Of a DNA stretch of 64,000 nucleotides, positions 1 through 10,347 are shown in pieces. The translations under genes and the position numbers were made by a program. The DNA lies in NCBI GenBank assembly GCA_016930535.1, contig JAFGGN010000085.1, positions 39,281 through 103,280 on the forward strand, read 5' to 3'. Each line of letters begins with the position of its first letter. Positions within the stretch are counted from its first letter, which is position 1. The notes under the pieces are model-generated. The model saw only the letters and a list, made by a program, of their open reading frames with translations, had not been told where the DNA came from and did not search any database. Origin of the DNA: a bacterium. GTDB taxonomy: Bacteria > Zhuqueibacterota > QNDG01 > JAFGCO01.

Positions 1-2162
1 TCGGTTATTGCCCCCACACCTTTATGAATAATCCGTACAGAGACATCATCATTCCCAAGGTCCATCAACGAATCGCTCAACGCTTCGACAGAACCGTCTA
101 CATCCGCTTTTATGATGATCGACAATTCCTTGACTTCGCCTTCAGCAATACGCTGAGATATCTGATCGAGCGTCAATCTGCGATGCTGACGCAGGCTTTG
201 TTCCCTGCGCAGCTGCTGGCGTTTCAAACTGATTTCCCTGGCTTCCTGTTCGGATTCGACGACAACCAGATGATCACCGGCCTGCGGCATGCCGTTGAAG
301 CCGACAATCAGAACCGGTGTGGAGGGCGGTGCCTCTGTGACCGGATGATTTCTTTCATCAAACATGGCGCGTATTCTGCCGCTGAACTGGCCTGCCACAA
401 AGATATCGCCGATTTGCAGGGTCCCGCGCTGAATGATAATGGTACTCACGGTACCGCGGCCCTTTTCCATCTTCGCTTCAATAAGAACCGCCTTGGCATT
501 CGCATCCGGATTTGCCTTCAATTCGAGCATTTCGGCTTCGAGCAGAATCTTATCGAGCAATTCTTCGACACCCTGGCCTGTTTTTGCCGATATTTCTGCG
601 GACTGCACCTTCCCTCCCCAGTCTTCGAGAAGGACATTCTGATCCGCGAGCTGTTTTCGGATCGCATCCGGATTCGCGGCAGGTTTGTCCACTTTATTAA
701 TTGCCACGATCATCGGGACGCCAGCAGCTCTCGCATGGTTGATGGCCTCGATGGTTTGCGGCATGACACTGTCATCGGCAGCAACCACCAGAACCACAAT
801 ATCCGTAACCTGCGCACCCCTGGCCCGCATGGCCGTAAATGCCTCATGACCGGGTGTATCTAAAAATGTGATCTGTTTTTCATGAAAAGCGACTTCATAA
901 GCACCAATATGCTGTGTGATGCCGCCCGCTTCACCCGCGATGATATTGCTCTTTCTGATATAGTCGAGCAGTGATGTTTTTCCATGATCCACATGCCCCA
1001 TTATGGTCACAACCGGCGGCCGGGGAACGAGCTCATCCGGAGAATCCTCATCCTCTTTTTCAATTTCCTCTTCACCGTATTCCGTGATGAATTCAAGTTC
1101 ATAACCGAATTCATCCGCAACCATCAGCAGGGTATCCTTATCGAGTCGCTGATTGATGGAGACCATGAGTCCCAGCGACATGCATGCCCGTATCACCTCA
1201 CTCGATTCCACATCCATCAATCCCGCAAGATCGGCGACAGAGATAAATTCTGCGGTATGAATGACATTCGTGTCTACTTCGACGCTGTCCTCGACTTCAC
1301 GTTCCTTTTTCCTTCGTTTCTTCTTTCCGGTCTCTCCCATTTTTGCGAGGGTTTCGCGGATAGAAGCCTCGATTTCCTTCTCATCAATTTCAACCGCAGG
1401 TTTCTTTTTACGTTTGCGTCTCTTCTTTTTCTTCTTTGCTCCGCCATCATCATCCCTTGAATCTGTTTCGCCGACTTTCCTTTTCTTTCTCTTGTCGAGG
1501 TCATCGCCATGACGGACCCCCTTGGCGGCGACCAGTTCATCATCGTCTTCCTGTATACGCGGTCTCTTTTTGAGATGACGTTTTGGTTTTCCCTTTGATT
1601 TATCGGAACCGGGTTCCTCTTTCAGTTCAATTTTATCGATGATTTTGGGAACCTGGATTTCGGTCAGCACCTTTTTGACAGCCGGCTCTTCCTGTTTTTT
1701 CTTTTCCCTGATCTCGGCTTTCTCTTCAGGAGGCAGTGCTATCTTTCGGAGCTTTTCAGTCTTGGCCGCAGCCGCTTCCTCTTCAACCTTGGATTTCTTC
1801 GGCTTCGCAGGCTTTTCGACAACCTTCTTTTTCTGCGAAATTTTCGGGGCCTTCGTGACCTGTTCGTAAAATTCGACGCTTTTTGAAAGTTCCAGAATTT
1901 CGTCGATTTCCTGTCGAATGGCCTTTTTCCGCTCCTCTTCTTCCTGCTTCTTGGCCTGTATTTTTTTGCGGAAATCGGTTTCCTGACTGACCTCGAGCTC
2001 CACTTTACCGTAATGCTGATGTATCTTTTCCAGCATGATATCGGTCAGTGGCGCCATGTGATTTCTGACCTTGAATCCATGTTCCGTCAGAAAATCGATC
2101 AGCGCTTCATTCGAAATATGAAATTCTTTGGCGACTTGATATATTCGTTGTTTACTACTCAC
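1..2162 (-). CDS. infB: translation initiation factor IF-2, 3' end of the gene runs off the window edge
   Basis: Reverse-complement translation near position 1000 gives [18 protein letters not shown] (G1/P-loop of IF-2). The N-terminus reads [20 protein letters not shown] from a GTG start at 2160-2162, preceded by an AAGG RBS. It lies immediately downstream of nusA in the conserved rimP-nusA-infB order. The low-complexity K/E/R-rich N-terminal region is typical of IF-2. No stop codon occurs before position 1. Confidence 0.9.
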   Translation of the reverse strand, partial: MSSKQRIYQVAKEFHISNEALIDFLTEHGFKVRNHMAPLTDIMLEKIHQHYGKVELEVSQETDFRKKIQAKKQEEEERKKAIRQEIDEILELSKSVEFYEQVTKAPKISQKKKVVEKPAKPKKSKVEEEAAAAKTEKLRKIALPPEEKAEIREKKKQEEPAVKKVLTEIQVPKIIDKIELKEEPGSDKSKGKPKRHLKKRPRIQEDDDELVAAKGVRHGDDLDKRKKRKVGETDSRDDDGGAKKKKKRRKRKKKPAVEIDEKEIEASIRETLAKMGETGKKKRRKKEREVEDSVEVDTNVIHTAEFISVADLAGLMDVESSEVIRACMSLGLMVSINQRLDKDTLLMVADEFGYELEFITEYGEEEIEKEDEDSPDELVPRPPVVTIMGHVDHGKTSLLDYIRKSNIIAGEAGGITQHIGAYEVAFHEKQITFLDTPGHEAFTAMRARGAQVTDIVVLVVAADDSVMPQTIEAINHARAAGVPMIVAINKVDKPAANPDAIRKQLADQNVLLEDWGGKVQSAEISAKTGQGVEELLDKILLEAEMLELKANPDANAKAVLIEAKMEKGRGTVSTIIIQRGTLQIGDIFVAGQFSGRIRAMFDERNHPVTEAPPSTPVLIVGFNGMPQAGDHLVVVESEQEAREISLKRQQLRREQSLRQHRRLTLDQISQRIAEGEVKELSIIIKADVDGSVEALSDSLMDLGNDDVSVRIIHKGVGAIT

Positions 2163-2196
2163 GATGACCTTTTTTTATTATTAAAATAAACCCTGA

Positions 2197-3495
2197 TTAT
2201 GATTCTTCTTCCGTCCCCACTTCCTCACCGGCATCGTCCCGCTGATTTTCCTCCGTTTCTTCCTCATAATATGAATTCAGAATGTCAAAAATTCGTTGTA
2301 CGGTTTTTGCGCCGAAACCTTTGAGTGCGGCGATTTCTTCCTGACCGGCATCCAGAATTTCATCTGCTGTTTCATATCCGGCCGCCGCCAGTTTTTCGTA
2401 AATGTTCTTTGACAGCTCTTTCACATCACTCAACAGGAGTTTTTCTTCGGGCTGCTGCGCGGCCAGCCAGTCTGATTCCTTTTCCGTTGTAATTTCGTAT
2501 CCCGTCAGTCTCGAAGCGAGCTGTCTGTTCTGGCCGCCCTTACCGATCGCCAGAGATATCTGATCGTCCGGAATGATGGCCAATGCCGTTTTTTCTTCTT
2601 CATTGATCATGATACGATTCGGTTTTGCAGGACTGAGTGCGCGCTGAATAAATATTTCAGGTTCGCTGCTCCAGTTGATCACATCGATTTTTTCATTGTT
2701 CAATTCCTTGACGATCGACTGAATACGGACCCCTTTCAGACCCACGCATGCGCCAACTGCATCGATGCGCTTATCATTCGAATAAACGGCCACTTTCGCG
2801 CGATCACCGGGAAAACGGGCGACGTTTTTTATTTCGATGATGCCATCGTAAATCTCCGGAACTTCAAGTTCAAAAAGACGGACCAAAAACTGGGGATGTG
2901 TTCTCGAGACGAGCACTTCCGGTCCCCTGCTGGTTTGCGCCACTTCCTTGATGACTGCCCGGATATTGTCTCCGCGATGATATCGCTCATTGTAAATCTG
3001 ATCCTGTTTTTTCAACAGGACTTCCATATTGTCCACCGAAATCAAAATTTCCTCCCGGTTGATCTGGCGGACATCACCGATAATAATTTCTCCCACACGG
3101 TCTTTAAATTCATTGAAAAGCACTTCTTTCTCGGCTTCTCTGATTTTTTGTGTAAGCCCCTGTTTAGCGCTTGTAATCAGCCGGCGTCCGAAACTGGTCG
3201 GATCGACGATTTCTATAAATTCATCACCGACTTCCAGATCAGGCTCGACTTCCTGTGCTCTTTCCAGGGCGATCTCGGTCACCGGATCTTCCACTTCCTT
3301 GACAATGCTCTTCGTCTGATAAATCTCAACTTCGCCCTTATCCATGTTTACGAAAATTTCAAAATTATCAGTGGTTCCATATTTTCGTTTAATCATAGAA
3401 AGGAAGAGACTTTCAATAATCTCACTCAATACTTCACGCTTGATATTGCGTTCTTTTGCGATCTGAGTGACAGCCTCGACGATATCAATATTCAT
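2197..3495 (-). CDS. nusA: transcription termination/antitermination factor NusA
   Basis: The ORF track gives 2197..3567. Translation from the internal MNIDIVEAVTQIAKERNI (start 3495) is preceded by an AAGGAGGAGG RBS. The protein has an S1/KH-like body and an acidic C-terminal tail, and sits between rimP and infB. Confidence 0.9.
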   Translation of the reverse strand: MNIDIVEAVTQIAKERNIKREVLSEIIESLFLSMIKRKYGTTDNFEIFVNMDKGEVEIYQTKSIVKEVEDPVTEIALERAQEVEPDLEVGDEFIEIVDPTSFGRRLITSAKQGLTQKIREAEKEVLFNEFKDRVGEIIIGDVRQINREEILISVDNMEVLLKKQDQIYNERYHRGDNIRAVIKEVAQTSRGPEVLVSRTHPQFLVRLFELEVPEIYDGIIEIKNVARFPGDRAKVAVYSNDKRIDAVGACVGLKGVRIQSIVKELNNEKIDVINWSSEPEIFIQRALSPAKPNRIMINEEEKTALAIIPDDQISLAIGKGGQNRQLASRLTGYEITTEKESDWLAAQQPEEKLLLSDVKELSKNIYEKLAAAGYETADEILDAGQEEIAALKGFGAKTVQRIFDILNSYYEEETEENQRDDAGEEVGTEEES

Positions 3496-3514
3496 TGAAG
3501 GGTTTACCTCCTCC

Positions 3515-3973
3515 TTACCATTGCATTTGAATCCGGGCAATCCTGATCGAGGAGACCGGAACTTCAATCATCTGCTGACCGTACTCAATAATGATTTTAT
3601 CCTGATCAGCGCCGCATAATTTGCCTTCAACCGAACGTTCATGCTCATTTTCAAAAAAATATACGTTCACTGAACGGCCGATGTTTTTCCTGAAATCCCT
3701 GACATCTTTCAGGGGACGATCCGTACCCGGAGAGGAAACTTCAAGACGGTACTGCTGTATTTCGGGAAACTCCGTATCCAGCAGTTCCGTCAGCTGTTTT
3801 GTTACACGTGTACAGTCGTCAATGCTGACACCGGTATCCCGGTCTATAAAGATCTGAAAGGAAGGTTTTGAACCGCCTCCCTTGATTCTGATCTCGACCA
3901 GTTCGCAATTCTCCTCTCTGATAACCGGTTCAATCATCTGTTTTAATGTTTCTCTGTCCAAATTACCTGCCAT
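3515..3973 (-). CDS. rimP: ribosome maturation factor RimP
   Basis: The ORF track gives 3515..4015. MAGNLDRETLKQMIEPVIREENCELVEIRIKGGG resembles the RimP N-terminus and the gene is immediately upstream of nusA. The start is ambiguous between 4015 and 3973; neither has a clear SD. Confidence 0.7.
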   Translation of the reverse strand: MAGNLDRETLKQMIEPVIREENCELVEIRIKGGGSKPSFQIFIDRDTGVSIDDCTRVTKQLTELLDTEFPEIQQYRLEVSSPGTDRPLKDVRDFRKNIGRSVNVYFFENEHERSVEGKLCGADQDKIIIEYGQQMIEVPVSSIRIARIQMQW

Positions 3974-4076
3974 CCATACCAAGAAAAAAAGTGGGTTGAA
4001 GAACCCACTTTTCATCGTTAAATTTAATAAAATAAAATCTCTTATGCAAGAAAAATATACTTATTCACCAATGCCA

Positions 4077-4745
4077 TTATAAAGATTCCATCTGAAAAGT
4101 GATTTCATCCTTGAATGCATATTCCGGATACTGATCGAGCACTTGCTGATAAAGTGCCCTGGCTTTTGCAGGGTCGTTGGCAAGTTCATAACACCGGGCC
4201 GCATTCTTCAGATGAAACGGCCGTGAAAATTGATCACCGGCCAATCCCGCCGCTTTTTCATAGGCTTGAGCAGCTTCCAGGAACAGTTCCTTATTTTCAT
4301 CGCACGCGGCAATACCGGCCTGTGAAGATACCTTAAAATAATCAATCTGTCCGTAATCGCTCAGGTACATCGCATAATAGGTCGATGCATCATCAAACTG
4401 TCCAATCTCATAATATGCATTCGCAAGATAAAATACGGCTCTTCCTGCAGCAGAGGTGCCTGCGTATTCCTGTGTAACGGGCATCAGTTCCTGGATAGCC
4501 CGTTCATAATTTCTGCTCAGGTACACCTGTTCCGGCTGTGCGATTGCTGATTCTGCACTTTTTTCATTGTTTTTTCTGCCCGCATTATCAAAAATGACAA
4601 TTGTGACAATCACGGCAACGGCAACAAGACCGATATTGATTTGCCTGCTGAAACGCTGCAGGACTTTCTGAACACGTACATAGGCTGTTACAAGAGGATC
4701 TTCTTTAATCTCCCGCCTGGATATTTTTTTACGAGCTTTCAGCAT
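4077..4745 (-). CDS. membrane-anchored tetratricopeptide-repeat protein
   Basis: 222 aa with an N-terminal basic stretch followed by a hydrophobic TM segment (IGLVAVAVIVTIVIF). The C-terminal region has TPR-like A/Y/L-periodic helices (AVFYLANAYYEIGQFDDASTYYAMYL...). Confidence 0.55.
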   Translation of the reverse strand: MLKARKKISRREIKEDPLVTAYVRVQKVLQRFSRQINIGLVAVAVIVTIVIFDNAGRKNNEKSAESAIAQPEQVYLSRNYERAIQELMPVTQEYAGTSAAGRAVFYLANAYYEIGQFDDASTYYAMYLSDYGQIDYFKVSSQAGIAACDENKELFLEAAQAYEKAAGLAGDQFSRPFHLKNAARCYELANDPAKARALYQQVLDQYPEYAFKDEITFQMESL

Positions 4746-4773
4746 GGTGTTTCCGACTCCTGATCAAGTTTGA

Positions 4774-5160
4774 TTATTCAATTTCAGATTTGTATGTCCC
4801 GTCCAGGACTTCCTGTACAATTTTGGATACGGTTGTCTGCAGGTCGGCAGGCTTTGTAAAAAACGGATAACCGTGACTTTTCTGCTGTTCGAGCACTTCG
4901 GCCTCATCAGCATAACCGGTCATCAGAATGATCTTTTGATCCGGTTTCTTTTTTCGAATGGTATTGGCCAACTCAAATCCATTCATTTTGGGCATGCGAA
5001 TATCACTGACAATGAGATCCGGCTGATATGTTTCCCAAAGGTCCAAGGCTTCCTGACCGTTAAAAGCGATACGGACTTCGTATCCAAGTCTCTCCAGAAA
5101 CCGTGCATAAACACGGGCAATGGTATCGACATCGTCAACTACCATGATTTTCGCTTTCAT
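4774..5160 (-). CDS. single-domain response regulator (CheY-like receiver)
   Basis: 128 aa: MVVDDVDTIARVY...DLIVSDIRMPKMNGFEL...IILMTGYAD carries the conserved Asp pocket and the phosphoacceptor Asp in the DIRMP context typical of REC domains. Confidence 0.8.
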   Translation of the reverse strand: MKAKIMVVDDVDTIARVYARFLERLGYEVRIAFNGQEALDLWETYQPDLIVSDIRMPKMNGFELANTIRKKKPDQKIILMTGYADEAEVLEQQKSHGYPFFTKPADLQTTVSKIVQEVLDGTYKSEIE

Positions 5161-5206
5161 TCGCCCTCCACTGACGGGTCAATTTGTGATCTGCTTATTC
5201 GCAATG

Positions 5207-5279
5207 TACCCCAGGCAGGAGTTGAACCTGCGACCAACGGTTTAGGAAACCGCTGCTCTATCCACTGAGCTACTGGGGC
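5207..5279 (-). tRNA. tRNA-Arg (anticodon CCT)
   Basis: Minus-strand read: GCCCCAG-TA-GCTC-AGTGGATA-GAGC-A-GCGGT-TTCCTAA-ACCGT-TGGTC-GCAGG-TTCAACT-CCTGC-CTGGGGT-A. It has a canonical U8 A9, a D-arm AGCTCAGTGG, a 7-nt anticodon loop UUCCUAA (anticodon CCU) and a T-loop GGTTCAACTCC. The acceptor stem closes with a G1-U72 wobble. Confidence 0.8.
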
Positions 5280-5427
5280 AATTGATCAGTAAAAAATATT
5301 AAAATGTTCGTGAAAAGGCAAGCCCTTTTTTAAAATCCTCATTTAATATTTTCTTGTATCTCTGCAATAACTTTTGTATCATCGTAAACACATCATCAGC
5401 AATCCGAATCATCACAAGGAGATTTTC

Positions 5428-6663
5428 ATGCAGAAGCCGCTGCGATTGATTTTAGAACGGTTGAATCAATACACGGACGAGGTCATTCGTCTTCAAAAGC
5501 TGCTCACCTGTATTCCGGCAATCGGTCCTGAAAGCGATGGAAAAGGTGAGGCCGAGAAATCCGCTCTGATCAAATCCATACTCACCGATATGCAAATCGA
5601 TGAATTGATCGAAGTCAACGCACCTGACTCACGCGTGCCGTCGGGTTATCGTCCGAATATGCTGATAAAATTAAATGGTTCAGCGAACACGCGTACGCTT
5701 TGGATAATGTCCCATATGGATGTGGTTCCGCCCGGTGAAAGCAGCTTGTGGCATTCGGATCCGTACGAAGCGGTTGTCAGGGATGGCAGGATATATGGCC
5801 GCGGCACCGAAGACAATCAGCAGGGCATCATCTCTTCCCTTTTGCTGATCAAAGCGCTCCGGGAAACAGGGATCACGCCTTGCTTTGACATCGGCCTGGC
5901 CATTGTTTCTGACGAGGAAAATGGTTCGAAATTCGGTATTGAACACGTACTGAAGAAGCATCCGGACCGGTTCCGCAAGGAAGACTGGATCGTGATACCC
6001 GATGCGGGAAACGAGGACGGTACCATGATCGAGGTGGCTGAAAAGTCCATTCTTTGGATCAAATGCGAGATCAGGGGCAAACAAACCCATGGATCCACAC
6101 CCGAAAAAGGGATCAACGCCCATTTTGCCGGTGCAAACCTGATCGTTCAAATGGATGAACTGCACCGTGTTTATGACGCATCCGATCCTGTGTATGATCC
6201 GCCGATTTCAACATTCTCGGTTACCAGGAAAGAATCCAATGTGGATAATATCAACACCATTCCGGGTTCCGATGTCATTTATTTTGACTGCCGCATTCTT
6301 CCGGAATACGACCTGAACAAGGTTAAAAGACAGGTTCAGGCCTATGCCGCACAAATCGAGAACCGGTTCGGCGTGGAAATCAGACTTTCCATGGTTCAGG
6401 ATGTGCCTGCCCCGCCTCCGACACCGCCTGATACACCCGTGGCCATTGCCATTCAAAACGCTGTTCGCGACATTCTCAGCCGTGATGCCGTTTCCATGGG
6501 AATAGGCGGCGGAACTGTAGCCGCGCTTTTCAGATCAGCCGGCCTGCCGGCCGTATGCTGGTGCACCGTGGATGACACACTGCATGGGCCAGATGAGTAT
6601 TCAAAAATTGAAAACACAATCAATGACGCCAAGGTATTTGCATATTTATGCATGCAGCCTTGA
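5428..6663 (+). CDS. M20 family metallopeptidase / metallo-hydrolase (ArgE/DapE-like)
   Basis: The ORF track gives 5374..6663. The chosen start MQKPLRL at 5428 is preceded by GGAG 7 nt upstream. The M20 signature region is LWIMSHMDVVPPGE...WHSDPYEAV...GRGTEDNQQGI. Confidence 0.75.
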   Translation: MQKPLRLILERLNQYTDEVIRLQKLLTCIPAIGPESDGKGEAEKSALIKSILTDMQIDELIEVNAPDSRVPSGYRPNMLIKLNGSANTRTLWIMSHMDVVPPGESSLWHSDPYEAVVRDGRIYGRGTEDNQQGIISSLLLIKALRETGITPCFDIGLAIVSDEENGSKFGIEHVLKKHPDRFRKEDWIVIPDAGNEDGTMIEVAEKSILWIKCEIRGKQTHGSTPEKGINAHFAGANLIVQMDELHRVYDASDPVYDPPISTFSVTRKESNVDNINTIPGSDVIYFDCRILPEYDLNKVKRQVQAYAAQIENRFGVEIRLSMVQDVPAPPPTPPDTPVAIAIQNAVRDILSRDAVSMGIGGGTVAALFRSAGLPAVCWCTVDDTLHGPDEYSKIENTINDAKVFAYLCMQP

Positions 6664-6688
6664 TTCGCATCGATTGAACTGAACATTC

Positions 6689-7726
6689 ATGCCGGAAAAA
6701 CCTGACAACTGGATAAGACTTCGTGACAAGACTCTGGACTGGTCCGTTTTCAGGATCCGCGATCAGGTCATGAAGCGCATCCGCCATTTTTTTTCTGAGC
6801 GGGGATTTCTTGAAATTGAGGCTCCCCTTCTCACCCCCTTTCCAACACTCGACAACAATATCGAATCCATAGGATGCTGTATTCATTACCCTGACGCTTC
6901 CGAACGGATGCATTATCTGCATACGTCTCCCGAACACGCGATGAAAAAACTGCTTGCAGGCGGATCCGGGAACATTTTCTATCTGGGCAAGGTTTTCCGG
7001 AATCGTGAGCTTACAAACCTGCACAATCCCGAGTTTACCATGCTTGAATGGTATCAGGTCCATGCCGGCTATCAGGATCTGATGGATTTGTCGCGCGAAT
7101 TCATACAGGACCTTGCGGAAACGGTCTTCCGGTGCTCCCGCATCAGGTATCAGACGCATTGCATCGATCTGAATGCACCATGGGAGAAAAAAACGCTGGC
7201 GGGCCTGTTTATGGATGTTTATGGTCTGGAAGATGATCGTTTTCTTTGCATCGATTCACTTCGTGAAACCGCAGTGAAGCATGGTGTTTATCACACACCT
7301 GAGGACGACTGGGAAACACTGTTTCACCGCCTCTTTATGGAGAAAATCGAACCCGGACTTGGATCACAGGCGCCTGTTTTCGTCATGGATTATCCGGTTC
7401 AAATGGGATTGATGGCCCGCAGAAAACCTGAGAACGAAGCCTATGTGGAAAGAACCGAGCTGTATATGACCGGTCTTGAAATCGCCAACGGGTATACCGA
7501 ATTGATACAGACTCCTGAACTGACAGGCCGGTTTATGAACCAGCAGACCCTCATTATAAAAACCCGGGGTGAAACGCTTCTCATTGACAATGAACTCCTG
7601 GATGCCCTGCAATCAGGGATTCCGCCCTGCGCGGGAATGGCCATGGGTATCGACCGTCTGATCATGCTTTTTCTGGATAAATCCGACATTCGTGACGTGC
7701 TCCTTTTCCCGCACAGTTCAGATTGA
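6689..7726 (+). CDS. epmA: elongation factor P--(R)-beta-lysine ligase (EpmA/PoxA/GenX, class II LysRS paralog)
   Basis: It shares NPEFTMLEWY with E. coli EpmA, along with YMTGLEIANGYTEL (motif 2-like) and GMAMGIDRLIMLFL (motif 3). The protein is about 345 aa and lacks an anticodon-binding domain, as expected for EpmA. Confidence 0.85.
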   Translation: MPEKPDNWIRLRDKTLDWSVFRIRDQVMKRIRHFFSERGFLEIEAPLLTPFPTLDNNIESIGCCIHYPDASERMHYLHTSPEHAMKKLLAGGSGNIFYLGKVFRNRELTNLHNPEFTMLEWYQVHAGYQDLMDLSREFIQDLAETVFRCSRIRYQTHCIDLNAPWEKKTLAGLFMDVYGLEDDRFLCIDSLRETAVKHGVYHTPEDDWETLFHRLFMEKIEPGLGSQAPVFVMDYPVQMGLMARRKPENEAYVERTELYMTGLEIANGYTELIQTPELTGRFMNQQTLIIKTRGETLLIDNELLDALQSGIPPCAGMAMGIDRLIMLFLDKSDIRDVLLFPHSSD

Positions 7727-7738
7727 AGCTCCCCGCGG

Positions 7739-7758
7739 CATGCCGCGGGGAATGCGTC
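7739..7758. other. perfect GC-rich hairpin (CCCCGCGGCA|TGCCGCGGGG) between convergent genes, without a flanking U-tract
   Basis: A 10-bp perfect inverted repeat centred on GCATGC lies directly after the epmA stop. No T-run follows on either strand. Confidence 0.5.
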
Positions 7759-7800
7759 CGGCGTTCAGTTTCTGCATGACATCTTTCCTTAGCGCTGGCA

Positions 7801-8634
7801 TTATTTCGCTTTCCTGATCAGGATATCGCCGTTGTAGGATGTAAACTGCATCTCTGGCCCGCCTCCGTGAATCGTGCCGTAAAAGGCCCGTTCGATTCTG
7901 ACCTTGTATTTACCATGTGTTTCCGGGGCTTTTTCCTGAATAATTCTCGGCTGATTTTCCGTTTTGACTATTTCAAAATCACTGTAAATATCCCCTTGTT
8001 CGGTTTTCAGTTTCACACTGGCTTTTAAATCAGCCGGAAAAGTGACATCCACATCATGATTGAACGTACTGAATGACATGGCTTTCTCAGGATCCACAGA
8101 GGCAAAGGTGACGATCAGATCGCCGTTATGCGTATTGGCAACCACGGATCCGGAAATCTGGTTTAACCGTATATCACCGTTGATATTGTTCGCTTCCAGA
8201 TTTCCTTTCACATTGGATACCTGAATATCGCCGTTATTGATGGTGCTGAGCTTCAGCGAGGTATTCACGGGGACATTCACGGTCACATCCATGGTCAGTT
8301 TGTGAGAGGCGATATCAATTTCCATGATATTATTCTCCTCCTCGACTTGCAGCTCCGTGGAAACCGAGGGGATATGAAACATGCCATTGGTTTTTTTTGA
8401 AGTTTCCCCTTTCTCCTTCAGTTTTTTCATACGTACCCTGGATTCAATCTCAACAACTTTTCCTTCATAACCGGTTACTGTGATGCTGCCGTTGATCAAT
8501 CCGATTTGTACAATCCCTGGTTTATCGGGTTCACTGAAGGGAACGGATAACCGGTCCGTATCATCTTCCTGTGCCTGGAGAAACAGAGGCATGACAAGAA
8601 CGGCTGCGAGGGCCAGTATCTGTTTGGTTTTCAT
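7801..8634 (-). CDS. DUF4097-family beta-strand-repeat protein (putative adhesin), secreted
   Basis: It has a signal peptide (MKTKQILALAAVLVMPLFLQAQE). Repeated GDIxV/NGDI motifs (GDIQVSNVKGNLEANNINGDIRLNQISGSVVANTHNGDLIVTF) are characteristic of DUF4097. It is the last gene of the ECF sigma operon. Confidence 0.6.
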   Translation of the reverse strand: MKTKQILALAAVLVMPLFLQAQEDDTDRLSVPFSEPDKPGIVQIGLINGSITVTGYEGKVVEIESRVRMKKLKEKGETSKKTNGMFHIPSVSTELQVEEENNIMEIDIASHKLTMDVTVNVPVNTSLKLSTINNGDIQVSNVKGNLEANNINGDIRLNQISGSVVANTHNGDLIVTFASVDPEKAMSFSTFNHDVDVTFPADLKASVKLKTEQGDIYSDFEIVKTENQPRIIQEKAPETHGKYKVRIERAFYGTIHGGGPEMQFTSYNGDILIRKAK

Positions 8635-8668
8635 TGGAGAGCTCCTTTCAAAATCGATATCTCAGCTG

Positions 8669-9514
8669 TTATAATTCCGTGCGGTTTTTTATCAGTAAAT
8701 CGCCATTGAATCCTTTCCAGAAAATCTCGGCTCCTCCCTTTCCGATCCGGAATTTTGTCCGGTGACCGGTTTTATACCGATGCAAACCATGGGACTGTTT
8801 CTCATCATATGTCTCCCCTGCCAGTTTTTTCGCCGGAAAGTCCGAATAAACATCGCCGTTTAATGTCTCGACAATAAAATCTGCCGACAACTCCCTCAGA
8901 AAGTACAGACAAACATCTCCGTTCAGAGAACCGACAATGCAGTCATTTACCGGATTCTGATCAAAGTAGATATGAACCGGCCTGTTCAATGCATAGATTT
9001 CTCCGATTTCATGAATATCCATGGCGTCAATCGGGCCATTGATATTTTTTGCGCTGCATAATCCGCGCATGTGTTCAATCCGGATCGAACCGTCATTGAC
9101 CGTTTCAAGATCCAGCTGTGTCTCATACGGCACCTCCACATCGAAGTGATAGGTCACCGTATACTGCCCCTCGTGCCAATATCTGCCGGATTCCTGATTC
9201 CTGAAAGGACCGTTTACGTAGAGTTCGATGCAATCTTCTTCTTCGCTTTTCTGAAGGGCGACATCCTGACCGGCGCGGTTAAACTGATCTTCGGATCTTG
9301 CCCAGATTTTTTTAATTATTCTGACATTGATACGATCCGTCTCCTGCCCGGTTACCCGGATATCACCCCAAAAATTCTTTATAATCAGTGTATTCCGGGA
9401 TGCCTCCCCTTTGAACAGAAATTGGTGCCCAAAGGTCTCTTCCGATTTTTTTTCAGCTGCAGTCAAGGACTGAAGCACCATGACAACGATCAAAATTCTT
9501 AATAACCTTCGCAT
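8669..9514 (-). CDS. DUF4097-like beta-strand-repeat protein, secreted
   Basis: It has a signal peptide and repeated NGDV/NGSI/NGPI motifs (VNDGSIRIEHM...NINGPIDAM...SLNGDVCLYF...TLNGDVYSDF). Confidence 0.55.
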   Translation of the reverse strand: MRRLLRILIVVMVLQSLTAAEKKSEETFGHQFLFKGEASRNTLIIKNFWGDIRVTGQETDRINVRIIKKIWARSEDQFNRAGQDVALQKSEEEDCIELYVNGPFRNQESGRYWHEGQYTVTYHFDVEVPYETQLDLETVNDGSIRIEHMRGLCSAKNINGPIDAMDIHEIGEIYALNRPVHIYFDQNPVNDCIVGSLNGDVCLYFLRELSADFIVETLNGDVYSDFPAKKLAGETYDEKQSHGLHRYKTGHRTKFRIGKGGAEIFWKGFNGDLLIKNRTEL

Positions 9515-9528
9515 CGTCGATTCTCCTT

Positions 9529-10347
9529 TTACATCATTTCTGCAAGCCGCCGGTTTGTATGTTCCCTGACAATGGGATCTGTTTCACGATTTTCGATAAA
9601 CGCTTTTAAGGATCTGAGCGATCGGGTTTCATTCATTTGAATCAAAATATCGATAATGGCGATTTGAACAGAAGGGGAATCCTGCCGGTTCAACGCATCG
9701 GTCAGCTTTGTCCGGATTTCAGGAAGATCCGAATATAATGCAACCGCATCGACTGCGGCCAGACGGACATTGGTATTCGGATCATGATTGATATGATCGA
9801 TGAGTTCCTCCACCAGAGAAGTTCCGGGATCTGCGATTTGGCCGATGAGCGCGATCCCCTTCAATCGATCCGATGCAGCCTGATTTTGCAGAAGGGACAT
9901 GGATACATTCCGCTTCAATATCTGCATATCCTGCTGCACATGCGACATTTCATGATGCATTGAGGAACGGGTTTGTACAAAACTGACAAAAAATCCCGCC
10001 AGCAGGACGGCTCCGATAAAACAGGCCAGCTGAACGACCGGCTCTCCCGGCCACCAGGTCTGAAGCCAGGCATTCAGCCGGTCCCGCAGGCTCATCCGGG
10101 AACCCGTGCATGCTTTTTCTTTTTCCAGCATCCGGTAAAAATCGGTTTTCATGGAAGGCGCCGGACGCGGCTCTGGCATGGATGCAATTTTCTGCCAGGC
10201 CGGTTTCATTTCCATGTATATTTCCCGGCACCGGCCGCATTCAGACAGATGCTTTTTAAACAAACGCAAATCTTTGCCCTTCAGCTGTCCGGACAGACAG
10301 TCCACAAAATAGGATTCAGGGAATTCACATTTCATGACAGATCCCAT
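9529..10347 (-). CDS. anti-sigma factor with N-terminal zf-HC2, a single TM segment and C-terminal HEAT repeats
   Basis: HLSECGRCREIYMEM is a zf-HC2 Cys/His motif. The TM segment is VVQLACFIGAVLLAGFFVSFV. C-terminal HEAT-like repeats follow (NVRLAAVDAVALYS...PSVQIAIIDILIQM). Its start overlaps the stop of the upstream ECF sigma gene (10325-10347). Confidence 0.65.
   Translation of the reverse strand: MGSVMKCEFPESYFVDCLSGQLKGKDLRLFKKHLSECGRCREIYMEMKPAWQKIASMPEPRPAPSMKTDFYRMLEKEKACTGSRMSLRDRLNAWLQTWWPGEPVVQLACFIGAVLLAGFFVSFVQTRSSMHHEMSHVQQDMQILKRNVSMSLLQNQAASDRLKGIALIGQIADPGTSLVEELIDHINHDPNTNVRLAAVDAVALYSDLPEIRTKLTDALNRQDSPSVQIAIIDILIQMNETRSLRSLKAFIENRETDPIVREHTNRRLAEMM

Noticed and set aside
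24-1869. Plus-strand ORFs (24..863, 984..1460, 1261..1512, 1639..1869) and minus ORF 1274..1543 in the first 2 kb
   Set aside because: All lie inside, or antisense to, the infB reading frame. infB is verified by the [13 protein letters not shown]-domain and the N-terminal [14 protein letters not shown] on the minus strand. The listed ORFs are low-complexity frame shadows of the K/E/R-rich IF-2 linker.
5207-5279. tRNA-Arg as an integration site of a genomic island
   Set aside because: No integrase, transposase or direct repeat of the tRNA 3' end was found nearby. The flanking genes are housekeeping.
5300-5330. AAAAGG-CAAGC-CCTTTT hairpin upstream of the tRNA
   Set aside because: The stem is AT-rich and it sits between divergent genes, upstream of both, so it cannot function as a terminator.
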